NCBI GenBank assembly: GCA_029953675.1 | Contig: JAMWBK010000003.1 | Span: 2,790,001 to 2,854,000, forward strand | From: Rhodosorus marinus CCMP1338 | Lineage: Eukaryota > Plantae > Rhodophyta | Length of the DNA: 64,000 nt | Direction: 5' to 3' | Part shown: positions 25,561-39,700 of the stretch, one piece after another | How positions within the stretch are numbered: the stretch's first letter is position 1 | How the letters are laid out: the number at the start of each line of letters is the position of its first letter | The notes under the pieces: generated by a model | What the model was told of the DNA's origin: nothing | Database searches by the model: none | The model's input: only the letters and a program-made list of their open reading frames with translations | Program-made: the position numbers and the translations under genes

Positions 25561-26374
25561 AGTTCTTGGATTAAACCTCTGGACGGGGGGTTCTGGGTAC
25601 GTGTAGACGGTACATAGTGTTGTAGTGGTGCGCGTCGGTATGTTGCTGACGAACATAAGGCGACGGGGTCATAGCCATGATAATACATCAATAAGGAATC
25701 CTTATTATTGGCCGACAATTATAGAATATACGTATAAAAATCGCCTTAGCTCAAAACATTTAGCTATACAATTTAATATTTTATCCAATGAATAAACGTG
25801 AATTTTAATTGTTAGCCAATCATTCAATTCCCCGCCAATTCAAAACTGGGGCTAGGGAAGGTAGGCTTTAGTCTCCGAAGCATAATCGAATCCGGTCAAT
25901 AAATAGCGGTGGGGAGGGGGGCGATCTTGATGCGGTGGGGAATAGAGGGGGAATTCGACTATCCGTTGACGAGAAACGTTTTATCTTCATGTACTACTGA
26001 GCATGGGGAAATGCTAAATATTCTCAACCTGTATTTGCCGGTCCGGATGGGGAATTCTTTTATGCCTGTTGCACGCTACAAGTTTCCACTCGGAAAATTC
26101 GGTCCATCTTTACTTCAAACTTACCCAAAAAGCCAAGCCTGCCAGTCAGGGTTTTATAGCTGTTTGCTACTGCCTGTGGATGACCGAGTGTTGCCCCCCT
26201 GATCGCTCTTCCCTTGCCTCATACCGTGGAAATAGCTTCCCTTTTGCTGACTCGCATACATTCCTTAATAGATCACCAAAACTGCCGGCGGACTTCATTG
26301 TCGAGATGTTGCCTTTGGGTTGTTCCTCTTGCTTGAGGTATTTTTTTCCAGTCATAGGTTGCTGGGCCTCTATG

Positions 26375-26517
26375 CCATTGAGCACACTGATTCAGGGTTT
26401 CAGTCCCGCTTCGCAGAGACTCAAGCCCAGTCGCAGTTTTGTTGAGCGACTACACACACAGCTTATTGTGACCCTCTGCGAAGCGGGACTGAATTCCTGA
26501 ATCAGTCTGCTCAATGG
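26375..26517. repeat. 44-bp inverted repeat with 55-bp spacer (MITE-like or hairpin RNA)
   Basis: Arms at 26375-26418 and 26474-26517 match at 41/44 positions. The spacer contains a nested AGTCGC...GCGACT stem. Confidence 0.85.
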
Positions 26518-26551
26518 ACAGTGGGTCTGGACGTCTTTGTCGACATGTTGA

Positions 26552-26584
26552 CTCAGGGCTGTTTGGCTCTGAACAAACGGATGA
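26552..26584 (+). repeat. Copy 1 of a dispersed 33-bp motif
   Basis: CTCAGGGCTGTTTGGCTCTGAACAAACGGATGA; 28/33 identical to the copy at 55631 and 27/33 to the copy at 56101. Confidence 0.7.
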
Positions 26585-28138
26585 CGACAATGAAAACCTC
26601 TGATTCTGAATTAACACGGTCGGATTGGATAAAATCCGCGTTTCTGAAATGAATCAGATTAAATGCATAAAAGGCCAATCCCCGAAATCCGGAAAAATGG
26701 TATTAATCCAGCCTTGGTTGTTGCCGACAGCTCTGAAATCTTCGGTGAAGCTGGCGGTCCTCACCACTGGTCGTTAGCAACGTACAGACCTACGTACTAC
26801 AGCAGAGACTCTCAGGGTCTCGTGATGGTCCTCTTCTAGTTAGTTGAGATTTGGGATGAAAATGTGTGCGTCTCAAACGTGTATTGCTGCATCCAAACGC
26901 TCGGAAGAAGATCTGTATCAGACATTGTGTTGAAGGTCTACTGGCACACCAAAGAGCGTATGTCTAGCGTGTAGTCGGCATAAGCTACACGACCACCACA
27001 TTAATTCGTGGCTACCAGAGGCTCCTGGATCCGGACCTCTGGTACGGTTCCCATTTCGCCGGTTGGCATGGTGGCGCTGAAGTTTAAAGAGAAGCCGGAG
27101 GATGGGCCCATTTATCAGATAACTGGTAATGCAAACTAGTTTTTGCACCTTTCGTAATCGTCTCCTTCCTTCCCTGTCGTTACAGACCAGAAGGTCACTG
27201 CACCGACCCCCTCAATCGAACGACCTCATGGAGGAACTCCAAAAAACAACCAATCGATCGGTGCTCAGTCAGCGCTCAGTCAGTGAACACTTGCACTCGA
27301 GTTTTGAAGTACAAGGGCAAGGACACTAAAGATCATAGTAGATAAAAGACGACGCTCAAATCTCGTATTCTTCTCCTCCCTCCCCCTTCGCTCAAGAGAA
27401 GAGCGTCATACACCAACCGTTGACGCACCGGCCCATCAACCGGACTTCATCAATTACCGCCGATGAGCAATGGACAAAAGATTTCATATCACTTCACCTT
27501 CCACCGCCCGTCGCACTGAAGACTCATAAAGATAGATCGGTGCGCCGAAGACCATAGTACATAATACACACTCATCTTCGTACTCCTCTCCCCCTCTCCT
27601 ACTCGCCCCAAGACGATAACGTCATTGCACCGTTCCCGTGAACACAAATTCATCAAGTAGTCCAAAAACGATCGGTGCAGGCGCCAGTGAGCACCGCATC
27701 AATGGCGTATCGAGTTACCAAGGGGGGGGCGAAGATACTGAAGCTCAGATTCATATCACTTCACCTTCGTTACAAGTCCACTGAAGACCAGTCGTCAGAG
27801 GATCGATCCCCCAATCCCCACCACCCTACCAAGCGATGCCGATCGGGTGCACCGGCGGTGAGAGATTCCAAAGAGGAGTATTGGGAAGGGAAAGGGAGGG
27901 CATCATCATTGCCGTCACTCTTCTTTACGGAGACGAAAGTGGACCTTCTGGACTGGAAGGTTGACCACCCAAGTGGGATTTCTAGCTTGAGGAAGACGTG
28001 TCAATGGATGCGTTGAGGTGGTTTGATTGATCGCGTATTCTTTGAAGGTTTGCTTGCTGGTCGAGGGTGATTTTTGGGGGTGGGTACTTAAAGAGGGTGT
28101 GGAGCTCGGACGGGAGGAGAAAAAAGTTCTGGGCAGCA

Positions 28139-30192
28139 ATGAAAACGAATAGGGAAAAAGGTGGCGATGATGGTGGTGAGGAAGAGGAATCGACTGATCA
28201 AAAGGCCCCCGTGGCGAAGAAGTTGGTCGTTGGGAAACGGGTGACCACGTTCGCCAGGGCGCTTGCGTCGAGTCGGAAGAAGGTTGGTTCGCAAAACTGT
28301 CTATTATGACGTCCCTGGGATTGTAGATTAGCGGGGAGAAATTTGACTAAATCTGCAATCCCCCGGCTTCGAGAGGCTTTTCTATGTATCTGAAAACGCT
28401 CGACCATGCGTATTCGTCCGATTCTGATGCGCAGGTGAGAGATCTCGCGTTGGAGGCGCTGCAAGTCTGGCTGGAGAAACACGATGACTTGAGCGATGTT
28501 GAAATGCAGAAGTTGTGGAAAGCTCTGTTCTACTATATTTGGATGGCGGACAAGGAGAAGGAAATCGAAAAGGTAAATTGCTGCACTCTCTCCAGATACG
28601 AATGGTAAAGCTGAGACTACCGAATCACGGACGCGCGTGACAGGTCATCGCCAGGGTTGTTGGGCTATCCGATATAGCAGGAATGCCGTTTATTCGGGGA
28701 TTGTTTAAGTGCATGGTCAGAGAATGGCATGGAATCGATCGACTGCGAATTGATAAGTACTATTCACTGATCAACGAAGCTCTAGACAAGTCCCTTGAGA
28801 TCATCCTCAGCTCTGGTTCCAAGGAGCAGTTGGCCAAGACCTTGTCGGAATTCGTTACGATTCTGGACGAGGAGGTGAGAGAATATCTCTGCTCAGTGAG
28901 CTATCAAACTAAAACCCGCGAAAAAGCAACTTACTTAGCAATAACTTCTTCTCTGGTCCATATTCCAGGTCTTTTCGAAGTCCGGAAAGGAAGGCAAAGG
29001 GCTTACTCTGCACCTGCTTGAGAAATGGACGGACAACATCCTGAAACCACTTCTAGATCGCCGGCCAAAGTCTACGACGGAAATCCTCGCTGTCATGATT
29101 GATCCGTTGTTCGATCTTCTGAGCTCAACGGATGTGTCGAGTCCGAAGAAGGCATCTCAGGTCCTTGACTCCGTTCTTAACAGTTGGATCGAAGCCGGAG
29201 CAGGGGACGCGGAAACAGGTTTGTCCTTCTGAACGAACGAAGAGGTCCACGATCGACCTGGTTGCAAAGAGCTGAGATAACCCATGTGAATTCCCCAACT
29301 TTTCACCCGCTGGCAGCGATCAGACCTCCCCGAGCGGTCCTTTTGTTTGCCGTGAGGACCAAGCTGTTCAACATGGCATCGGACAAGGATGCTCCTGAAA
29401 ATAATCGAGAAGTGCTGTATGCCCTTTGGACCAAGAGCAAACGCTCTTGTGATCTGCTGGCTCCAGAAGAAACCAGTAAGTTGATGAAGTGGAAATAGTT
29501 CAATTGAGCATTACCTCCGTCGAGAGACGGGAATGTATCCAACCTCTTGCTGAGAAATATTCGCGTCCGTGTTTCCCAACCAGAAACGCACCCAACCAGA
29601 CCGCTTCCAGACCCATCCTCGAAGGCATCACAGAAGAAAAGAAAACTGGAGGCCAAGAAAAAGAGAAAGCAACAACGGCAAAAGAACAGTACTCAACAAC
29701 GGAAGGGCATAGAGAAAGAAGGTAGGCAAATGAGAAAGGTTCCCTAGCACGAGCGTCGAGGCTGGATACAATGACGTTAAGTTGCGGCGAAATTTCCTCC
29801 AAACCATGTTCCTTCCATAAACACGGATGAAGCCAACGTGCACGCGAAAACTGAGTCCTCGTCCGATCGATCTTCGACCCAGCAAGGTGTCCGCAGTAAA
29901 TCTCATGAAACTGAGAAGGAAGGTAGGCAGCTACCCAAACCATGCTTCCTACGGTCGCGCTCTTTTTGGACACTTCCTCTATTCGAACACTCTCTTGCGT
30001 GAAGAATCCTCATCGTCTTTGTTGTCTGGGCGAAACGTAGATGAATCAAACGGTGCTGAGAAAGGAAGACGATCTCCCGATGGACCCCCGAAAGAGAGGA
30101 AAACGGTGCGGTTCTCCTTAGAGGACAATCAGGTCCATATCTTACCGAAGACCAAACGAAAACGGAAGGTCAATAGATCGCTCTTCTTCTAG
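28139..30192 (+). CDS. RRP1: Nucleolar rRNA processing protein RRP1/NOP52 (spliced)
   Basis: FARALASSRKK is joined across an intron to VRDLALEALQVWLE, followed by LWKALFYYIWMADK and REWHGIDRLRIDKYYSLI. The C-terminus is K/R-rich and contains KTVRFSLEDNQV. Confidence 0.9.
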
Positions 30193-30826
30193 CTGACTGC
30201 TTGGACAGCGCAAGTCTTGTATCTACTAATTTCTAATGAAACTGGAGCTCAATTTTGTCTTTCGGACCATTTCCGAACTATAGGAGCCCTAGCTCGTTTC
30301 TCACATAGCGGTTTGATTGCCCTGATTCAGCAACCTCGTGTTCCCATTTTGGGAAAGGACGGGCTCGACTTTGTGGGTTGCTATCAAGACTCGCGATGAA
30401 GGCGAGTTCGCGCCACCAGGCGATTTTGGATTCCGTCCGCGCGTTCAGATCGGTCGACGCCAGTAACTCCTTTAGAAAAGCATTGAGACCAGACGGTCTT
30501 GTGGTCCCCGCTTCGAAAAAGCTGTCCAGCTTCGATTCTCAGTCGGGATCCATACACCATGGACACATAACATACTTTACATTGCTTTGTACAAGAATCG
30601 ATAAGGAACTTTCAAGCTGTGCAGTATGGCGGTATCTTTCCAAAACATTTACAATACGACCATTCTGGAGTTAAGGTTTTGGCGCAACGGTTCTCCTGTG
30701 GTCCAGTCCATCGCCCATGAAATCTGGTTTCCAAAGACCGCCGCTAACCACAGAAAGTGACATCCTTGCGAACACCTTTCGGACGATTTGTCCGGATTGC
30801 ATAATTACATATTTGGTCCTCTTGAC

Positions 30827-32403
30827 CTATTCACCAGAACCGTCGGCCAAAGGCGCAGGGAAAGTAGTTCCTACAACATTCGACGCTCTCCCGACTCCCG
30901 GGGACATTAAAGTAGGTGAAGCCAGTAAACCACCAGGAGACATGAATGGTGACGGTGAGAAAACTCCCAAACCTCTTCCAGGCGATATCGGGGGCAATCC
31001 GGTCGGCGTCTGCATGTTCCAACCGGAGAAGGCACCTAATGCACTACCAGTCAACCCACCCCCGCCGCCAGGCATTCCAGGCGTGGTCCCTGTACCATAG
31101 CCAGGATGAAACGGACTTGGCACCCCAGTGACAACCATTGGAGACATTGCGGTGAATCTATCGGAAACCTTCGCCTTGCTCGGGTTGCTTCGCTTAACGG
31201 CGGCTTCGGCGAAACGAATTTCCTTGCGTTTCGCTGAGCCCACATCCGCTCGATCGGCATGTTTTGAATCCTCATCATCAACATAAAAGTCGCCGAGATC
31301 AAGCTCCAGCGATCTGATATGTTCGTTCAGGTCGGCACCACTCATGAGCGCTTGCTGTTCCTTCTCGTCCATCTGGTCCAGTTGCGAAACTGTCGGCAGT
31401 GTCTGCGCACAGAGCAAAAAGATGGAGGGTATAAGGTTAGACAAAGCTGACAAGGACCTACATCGGCGCCGCAATGTACTGCATCCGAACAACCGCTTAC
31501 CGCGCTTGCATCTCTCGTAAGATCAGCAAAGTTGACTTGCTTGGCTAGAAGCTCCCTCTTCACGTCGTTTTGGTCCACGGCTGGGCGAGTACCATTGGTG
31601 CTCCAGTCGCTCTCTACAGGCATCCCCATCCTCTGCGTTGGTTCCTCAACCGATCCCATGGACTCCATGAAGCGGTACGCGCTCTCATTATGTTGATCAT
31701 TCGAACACCCTTGATCCCCTCTATGAACGGCTCCACCAGCCGCGTATCCCGGACCCGCAGTTTGCTTCCTCTCTCCCGACAGGAATCTCGCAAGGTCCTG
31801 GGCTTGACTTGCCTGCTGTTGTTTGGTTGCCTCGTCCTTCCCCATCCAAGGTTGGGGTTTTCCTGCGGGGGGGTAAGCTTGCGGTCGTCCTTGAACGGCA
31901 GGCGCCGTCTGTTGTTGTGTGTTGCCTATGATTTGATCGAAAGAATACTGCTGATTCTGAGGCATCCTTTGTGCCTGCATTCCATCGTTGCGCATGTTCA
32001 TCGCTCCCTGACCCTGTTGGTACGCCGTCCGTACGGAAGGACTGTTCAAGTACGCGAGGATGTTTGAATACGACGCCGGATTTGCAGGTTCACTGCTAAC
32101 ACTTGCAGCGCCACCGTTAGTTGTCTGGGTCCTACTAGCCGGAGCATCTCCTCCGCTGATTTGCTGTTGGCTCGCTAGACCCTTATGCGCAGCAAGATGG
32201 GAGATCCACGATGACCTCCACATGAACGTCTTACCGCAATCGGCATAGTTGCACTTGAAAGGTTTCTCCCCGGTATGCATTCGAATGTGCGCCTTCAGAT
32301 TATAGTTTTTCCCAAAGTCCTTGTTGCACCCCTCGAAATGACAAGCATATCGCTTTTTCCCTTTGCGAGGGGCAACGGCCTGCTTGCTGATCCTCCCCTC
32401 CAT
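30827..32403 (-). CDS. C2H2 zinc-finger transcription factor (two fingers)
   Basis: YACHFEGCNKDFGKNYNLKAHIRMHTGEKPFKCNYADCGKTFMWRSSWISHLAAH, a Q-rich middle, an intron at 31403-31500 (GTAAGC...GCAG) and an S/P/G-rich tail. An additional upstream exon cannot be excluded. Confidence 0.88.
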
Positions 32404-34656
32404 TTCCTTCCAAGAAAACAACTCCTCGACCCGCCTCTTAAATGAGTCCCTCCCACCCACCTACCTAATCCACGTACAACACGGAGAAATCTTCTCTCCT
32501 CTTCCCCCTTCACAATCCACTCCCACCTTCTGCACTTCTTCTCGACTTAACTGTACCTGAATTTGACGATTCCAGGGCAACCATTGCTCATATGCCCATC
32601 ACGCTACCCTTAAAATACCAACACTTTTGTGTTCGTCACTCCCAGCTCCCTCAATCCCAGCCGGGCAAAACTGTCCACAGCAACCCAACGATGAAACAAA
32701 CACTGATACTCGATAAAACACCGAATACTAACAAAACTCTCTACCTTAAAACATGTCCAAAATCCCTAAACCACTCCAAAAAAACCCCACTCCGCCCCCC
32801 CCCTCCCGCCCACCTTTCCTCAATACCACAACCTCTTAACAACCAAACATCTACAGCGCCCACCTCCTATGACTACACAACTTTTTATCCAAAAAATACA
32901 AAACAACCAACACCACCATCTCCGGCCCCGGCCCGCCCCCTCTCCGGTTCTGGTTTTTTTTTTTTCACTCAACACAGACGCTCTCCTCGGCAGATCTCCA
33001 TCGAGCACAAAACGCTTTCCTTAAGTTAACCCTCTTTCGAATGAAACCCACCACTCCTAATCATCCCCCAAGACCCTTTTACTTCAAAACCTTCAAGACT
33101 GACCGTTCTCTCACGTGCATCTCTCTAGCGAAAGCCAAAGCCCACTCTACACTTCATGAAACCCCCAAAACGTACAAAACTCCCGCAACACCTTCCGCCT
33201 TTCTTCCCCCCCTTCCATCACATAACTCCTTTCCAACAAGAAAAACCAAAAAAAACCATTGACTTCTTTTATTCTCCCCAGCCCCCCTCCCGCCCGCCCA
33301 CCCCCCCCTCCTCTTTGACTCTCCACCTTCTAATCCTAAGAAAACCATTTCTTCAGATTATCAACCCCCTTTCTTAAAAAACAACAAAACTAAACCGCAA
33401 GTACAAACTATGTACTATATAGTTCTTAGTTTTGCTCAATATACTTAAAATTAGAATCTAATTATTTTATAGTTTATTGTGGTAGGAAATACCTACCCCT
33501 TCTGTTTTTTTAAATCATATATTATTAATAATATAGAAAAGAAAGGGGTAGGGCAAATTGGCATGCGTTTAAGATAAAGTCTTTTATATTGCCCCGAAAC
33601 GGACAGAATATGATCGAATTGAAATATTGTTATTACGAAGCCCATTTAGATTTTTATACCGGGGGTTTGGGAGCGGGAAATATGGGGAATGCAGACTTTT
33701 TTGCTTTAGAGTTATGGACAGCTGTTTATGGAGTGCTAAAATTACCCCCTTGGTTTTTTAAAGAATATTCTAGGTGGACAAGGAGCAAAAAGAACATTGT
33801 GCTTTTTCGTAGTAAGAAAAATTAAGAAAAAGTCAATCCGTTTTTTCTTCTTCCGTCATCTCACCTTATTTTTTTTCTTTAAGATATAATCTACATCGGT
33901 TTCCCGGGAAAAAGGCGGTAAGAAAAAGAAAATCCGGGAATTTCTGGTACGAACAAAATACCCACGCTCTCCCCTTCCCTCGTAACTCCCTTCGGCTTTC
34001 CCGCCCCCCCCCCTGATTAATTTCTTTGACTGAGCTATAAGAGAGGTATAATTTCAAGAAGATTACGTACTCGTTCAAGAAATATTAGATAAAGACTTTT
34101 TTGACCGTTAAGGACAAGAGTTGGAATGGGGTAGATTTTTTATTTGTTGTTCGTTGAGGTTGAAGGGAGAAGGGAACGGGGGGTTACTACTAACTTCATT
34201 GTATAAGTCACGGGTTCTATTTTTAACAGAAAAAGGAAGCTTCTCATGTATATCTTCAAGATTTCAGCTAAAACAGGAAAACGAGCAAACGGAAAATGTG
34301 CTCACGAAAAGGGTCAACCCCCTTCTATGGGAAAATATTTTGTACAAGAAAATAACCGTCCACTATCGAATGCAGCGTATGTTTCTGGGGTTGTCTATCA
34401 GGTCATCCTCTATAACACAACAACACGTACCCCCCTCTATCTACTATGGCTATTATTTGAAACATTAAGAATTCATTTTAATAGGTTTAAAAAAGGGGTA
34501 TCCAATCGTAAACGCGGTAACGTCATCTACAGGGGTATGAAGAGAAGAAAATATATGGTCTAGACAGAACGTAGCATCATTTCTATCGTATATTTGTAGT
34601 GTTTTATTATTGTTTTCTTGTAGTACTGCGTTTTTCCTGGGGCTTCAAGGAACCTA

Positions 34657-35901
34657 TCATCTTCTTTTCCAGGTTTTCCATTGATAGATAAGTGCTGCTG
34701 TCAGGACCGCGCCGGTTGCAATGAAGAGGGTAGGAACAGCTACACGGTTAACGAGGAGATTGTACCGTTCGGCAGATTTTTCTGCGTTCAGCAGATGTTG
34801 TTTGGTATCGTCGCTTGCCAACTGGAATGGTGTTTCTCCCTCACTATCTGGATAGTGCATGTGAGCGCCATACTTGACCAGGAGGACGGCCGTTTCTGCG
34901 TTGTGTTTTTTTTTTTGTTTGGTGGGTTCGTTTGCCAATAGTGCGATGAGGAAAGTGAGACGGCCGTGGATAGGGTCAGGGCCAGCGCGAAGAGGTGATT
35001 TACACGGGGGAAGGAATAGGGTAGGGGGATTCAGGGACAGTGAGCACGTGCGTCTGGGCTGAAAGTTTGCTGGGATTTCCATGGACTGTTTGACTCACCG
35101 ACGTGGTCGCAAAGGACGGCGTAGTGCAACGCAGTTTGGCCTTCCATATCACTGTCGTTGGGAAGAGCACCGTTTCTGAGTAGGTAGAGTACGATATCTT
35201 TGTGATCCCGGTCGGCTGCACATATGAGAGGCGTCATTCCGTGGGCATCCACATAGTTTGAAGATACCTTCTGGGCTTTTACGCAGTGAACGAGCGATTT
35301 CATGTCACCTTGGGATGCGTAGAGGCAAATGTCCGGAGGTACTTCACCGGTCCCTTAAGCACATGGCACAGAAGAAGGTCCACCCTTAGATCTTTATATC
35401 CAGACGTAGGTTGGTTCCTGTAGAGCGCTTCATTCACTTCTCACATACCACTTTTATGCTCATCGTCCACCGCAAATCCCAATGGACGCTTATCCTGGAC
35501 GTTGGTTTTCACCCCTCCAGAACCGGCTGCCAGACGTCCAACGATCTCAATGTACTCCTGCATAGCGTCCTCCCTTGATGTGGAACAAAAAAGAAAGGTA
35601 AATTCAGCAGCAAACGTTCAGTACGAAACTTTTGATCAACATCTTCCCCCTGGCCAAGGGTTTTCTGGCTTTAGCAGTAACATTCCATGTACCTGGCTGT
35701 TTCAGAAGCATCTTTCCATGCGTCATATTTAGCTTGTTTGCGAAGCTCCCATGGACCAGGCCGTGGACCTTCGCAGACACCCTTCTTCACGCGCGTATAG
35801 TAACCATAGAGTTTTAGCTGATCCTCCTGCGAGCTAAGATTCACGCCCCCGGATGAAACGCTGTTCACAGCTTCATCAAACTGCTCCTCGAGACTCGTCA
35901 T
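34657..35901 (-). CDS. ACBP: Acyl-CoA-binding protein with ankyrin repeats and C-terminal transmembrane anchor
   Basis: ACB domain (DQLKLYGYY, KQAKYDAWKD, EDAMQEYI). Ankyrin repeats (GMTPLICAADRDH, GQTALHYAVLCDH, GETPFQLA). Hydrophobic tail VAVPTLFIATGAVLTAALIYQW followed by KTWKRR. Confidence 0.88.
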
Positions 35902-36796
35902 TAACAGTTACCCAGACAATCACTAAACACGTACACCTCCTAAAATTCCGCGAAAAGCTTTCTACTTGGCTCATACACCGTACCAACTACGCGGTGAAGC
36001 ACCAGACCCAACTATGAATCCTCTTGGTAGTCAGCAGTGAAGCTACCACGAGGAACCCCAACAAGGCATTCACTCCAGAAGTACCGCAGAGCACCAAGCA
36101 AGTGCGGGTTGCCCTCAGAAAAGCTTTTAACAAACCCGAACGAAATTTCGATGTGATGGGCGTGCCTTGAAGAAGGCGATAGTAAGGCCTTGCTCAGCTC
36201 AGCTCTTGCATTCGCTCCACGAGCATATTCATGGACTCTTCTTTTTTCACGGAGAGGGATGACCAAGCCATATCACGGCCTGGCCAAAAAAGCTTTCTGC
36301 TCCGGTGAAAGTCCCTCTACTTCTTCTGAGCAGACGGAGCTTTCGAACTTTATCTATGGTTTTGTCCATGTACTTCTCCAGTGAAGAAGGCGGACTACTT
36401 CAAGCTGTGAAAATACTGGTCCAAAAATGAACCCTCTTCAGTATCCGACTGGATCAATCAAGTTTTACACTGTAGCTGGCAATGGTGAGGAGAGGGTGCT
36501 TCCAATGACTTAGAACTGAGGCTAAAATTCCCATATGATCAGCAGGCAGAGGGCCTCGAGGCTGTAGATATCTGTTGCTACTCGGTTTAAAAAGCTCGTA
36601 CCCAAGACTAAACCTGAAGCGAAGCGTGATGGTGTGAGATGGAGGTAGATCGCGGGTAACCGCTACAAGCATTCTTAAAATGTCCTAATCTAGAATCCAA
36701 CGAGGGCTACCGGAGGTGAAGGACAGAACTCTTCTCCTCACACGAAAAACATGACACTCTTTAAATTTATACAAGACCCTGTCTCCAGTATTTCCG

Positions 36797-39700
36797 TTAT
36801 CGACGAGATACCTGTTTGCTCTTGGACCAAGCCTTGCCCTTTCCTTGTTTTGAAGGACGCGGAGCACCTCCCTTTCCCGATTTCATCTCCTCTAGTCGAC
36901 GCTTTTTGGATTGGACTCTGTCCTCCTTGCTTGCTGCCTTCGTCCGATGCTTTCTAATTTGGTCCCGGGATCGCAGCTCCTGGGACTGCCTTCCCTTGCC
37001 TCTGTTTCTTCCACCTGACTGACGTACGCCGCCGCTGCCGCTAGCCTCAGTTGATCCCCCAGCGCCGCGGCTCCTCTTTACCCATCGCTTGTACGTTTCA
37101 CCAGAGCTCTTGGAGTCAACATGGATCCTTCTTCCCGCTTCGTTCTTCTTCACACGTTTACCTGGCGTTCCGAGAAACAGGTCACTCTTTGAGCGGTGTC
37201 TTCATCTGCCGAATTTTAGCGGGCTGGTGGACCGCTGCTTCCTTACCTAAACTGTCCAAAGCTCCGGCCCCTACGTACTTCTTCCGTTTTCTGTCCCAAA
37301 CTTTCCTTGTAGCGTTTTTGGCTCTTAGGTCATCAGCGTCCTCTCCTGGTGAACACGGAGGCGAGAGCGTGTGATCAATTTTTGGTAGATCTACGCAAAA
37401 ACAAACCGCATGCAACAAAGATGCGATATACATCACGGAGTAGCGTCCAAACCTGTTAGATCCAGAACTGCAGCATTCATCTGGTCACGCTCATTGCCCT
37501 CCTTATCCAGTTTCATCGCATTTTCCTTTGTCGATGTTCGAGATGCAGCGTACTGAAGGGGAAGAAAGAACTCCGTCTTCTGGGCCTCGATCAGCTTCTG
37601 TCTCTTGCTCGACGCCCCCTTGACATTCCCGGTGTTGGTGCCAAGGATTTCATTGGCTTCGCCGGCTTCCAGCTCCGGGGCCTCGTCGTCCTCGTACTGT
37701 GAAGACAGCTTTTCCGATTCGGCTTTGTTGTGCTTGTACTGCTCGACGTTCTTCCTTATTCTCGTTGATGCCGCAATCTGGGATTCCTTAGGCCGCCACT
37801 TCGAGAGCATCCGTGATGCAATGTCGTGTGCATCGTCCGCATCCTGCTGGAATCTGGAAAAGGATGGGTGCCATCCGTTAAGCTACTTCCAATTACATTG
37901 TGCCTGGGGCATTAGCTGAAGCAATTCATCCTACTCTGAACCACGGAGCCACAGATGAACAGGCAGCATGTCCACTCCACCCGCCGTAAGTTCTTTTACT
38001 TTGTGTACAGACAGTGAGCTTGGTCGTCCCCTCGTTCTGGTGTAGAGCTTGTGCGCATTCACGAGGCTTTGACGTTGAGTCGTGAGCTCATCACCAGCAG
38101 CAAGCGTCGCTCGAATCCATTCCTCCTCGTCCTCAAGCGGGGTGGATGGAAGGCGACCAAGACAAAAAGAGCTTCGCAGAAGCTTGAGAAAGTCCGGTCG
38201 AGTATCTTCTGGCACACCCTCGGGCCTAAGACAATCAAAAGAGAGGTTAACATCGATTTAGTCCTAGTTCAAAACGCAACGCACATCAAACGAAGTTTGC
38301 ATACTTTTCATCCCTCTCCGTAGCAACGTCATAGCCCTGAAACAGGAAGGTATCCACCATGTACGGCATCTGGATTTCAAAGACAGGCAAGAAGTGGTTC
38401 AGCCAACGGGTACGATCGTCCAAGTTGCTCCCATGATCAGAACGCCCATTCCTACCTCCTCGGGAGTAACAAGGGAGTACGCGGTGCCGGTTCTGTTGGA
38501 ACGGGCAACTCTTCCCACACGATGAACGAAGAGTTTTGGATTGCATGGGTAGTCGTAGTTGACGATTGAGTCAAGCATTGGAATGTCGATTCCTCTTGCG
38601 GCGACGTCGGTTACCACAAGGATCCGACTACGGCCACTTCGAAACGACGATACGGCGTTCTGTCTGCCGACTTGATCCATCGAGCCGTGCACGGAAGTGA
38701 TGCCTACACCCAACTTTGCTCGTTCGAGGAGCATCACCAAGTACTCCACGTGGTGTCTTGTCGCCGAGAAGATCACTGTGCGATGAAAGGGCGTGCGCAG
38801 GATTTCAGGGTACAGTAAGACACCCAGTCTGGTAGCAGACCTCGCAACGCACAGAAAAATTTCGAACTGTTGAAGAGCACGCTTACCGACATTCGCCCTC
38901 GGCTTTGAAAGGATTTGGTTTCTGAGTATAAACAACAGCGATGCGTCTTTGTAGTCCGGTTTGACCGCGTAGAAGGCAGTAGCCAGAGTCGGAGAGAACG
39001 TCTTCTCCACATCAAGCCTCACAAACGCGTGACCAGGGCGTAGCCCAGCTCTACTGAACTCGGCAACGGAGCTCGGTAAGGTGGCCGAAACCAGAACAGA
39101 CTGTCGCGATGTCTGTACACCAGTATGTGCATCTCCTCCCATGCGTTTTACGATCTCCATCAACTAAAACAAGAAGGCGGGCACATGTTAAGGCTATACC
39201 ATTGCCGATAGTTGTTCGAGGCACGATCCTCATCCATTTTGTGGTGTTCGTAGGCTACGTACATCCGCAGACAACGTGCCTTCGAAGAGACGGTCAACTT
39301 CGTCGTAAATCACGAGTTCTATCCCTCTAAGAGAATAATGCTTCATTTCATCGAGGACCTGTAAATCCGGTTGGATTGTCAGTTCTTAGGCGGGGTGTGG
39401 GGGTGTCTTTCTGGGTTTGCTGGTAGTTCCTGGGAGGTCCTACCTGAAGCAGTCGCCCTGGTGTAGCGATAAGAACTTGCGGAGATTTCGTCAGTGCCGC
39501 GAATTGTTTCTCAATAGAACCTCCACCAACAATCAAAGTCGCACGCAGTCCGGTGCCTCTTGAGTAGGATCTGTTTTAAAGACAGGCGGAATGTTCAGAA
39601 GGTATACTCTAGCACTCCGAGATGGCGGGTGAGTAGAGCAACCTGCGCAGAATGTGCTGGCCGAAAATCAAGTCTCACCTGAAAAACTTATGTGTCTGGA

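Noticed and set aside
27250-27860. Partial repeats (CATATCACTTCACCTT x2; GATCGGTGC-like x4)
   Set aside because: The spacing is irregular (about 135-280 bp) and the matches are short, so no unit or element could be defined.
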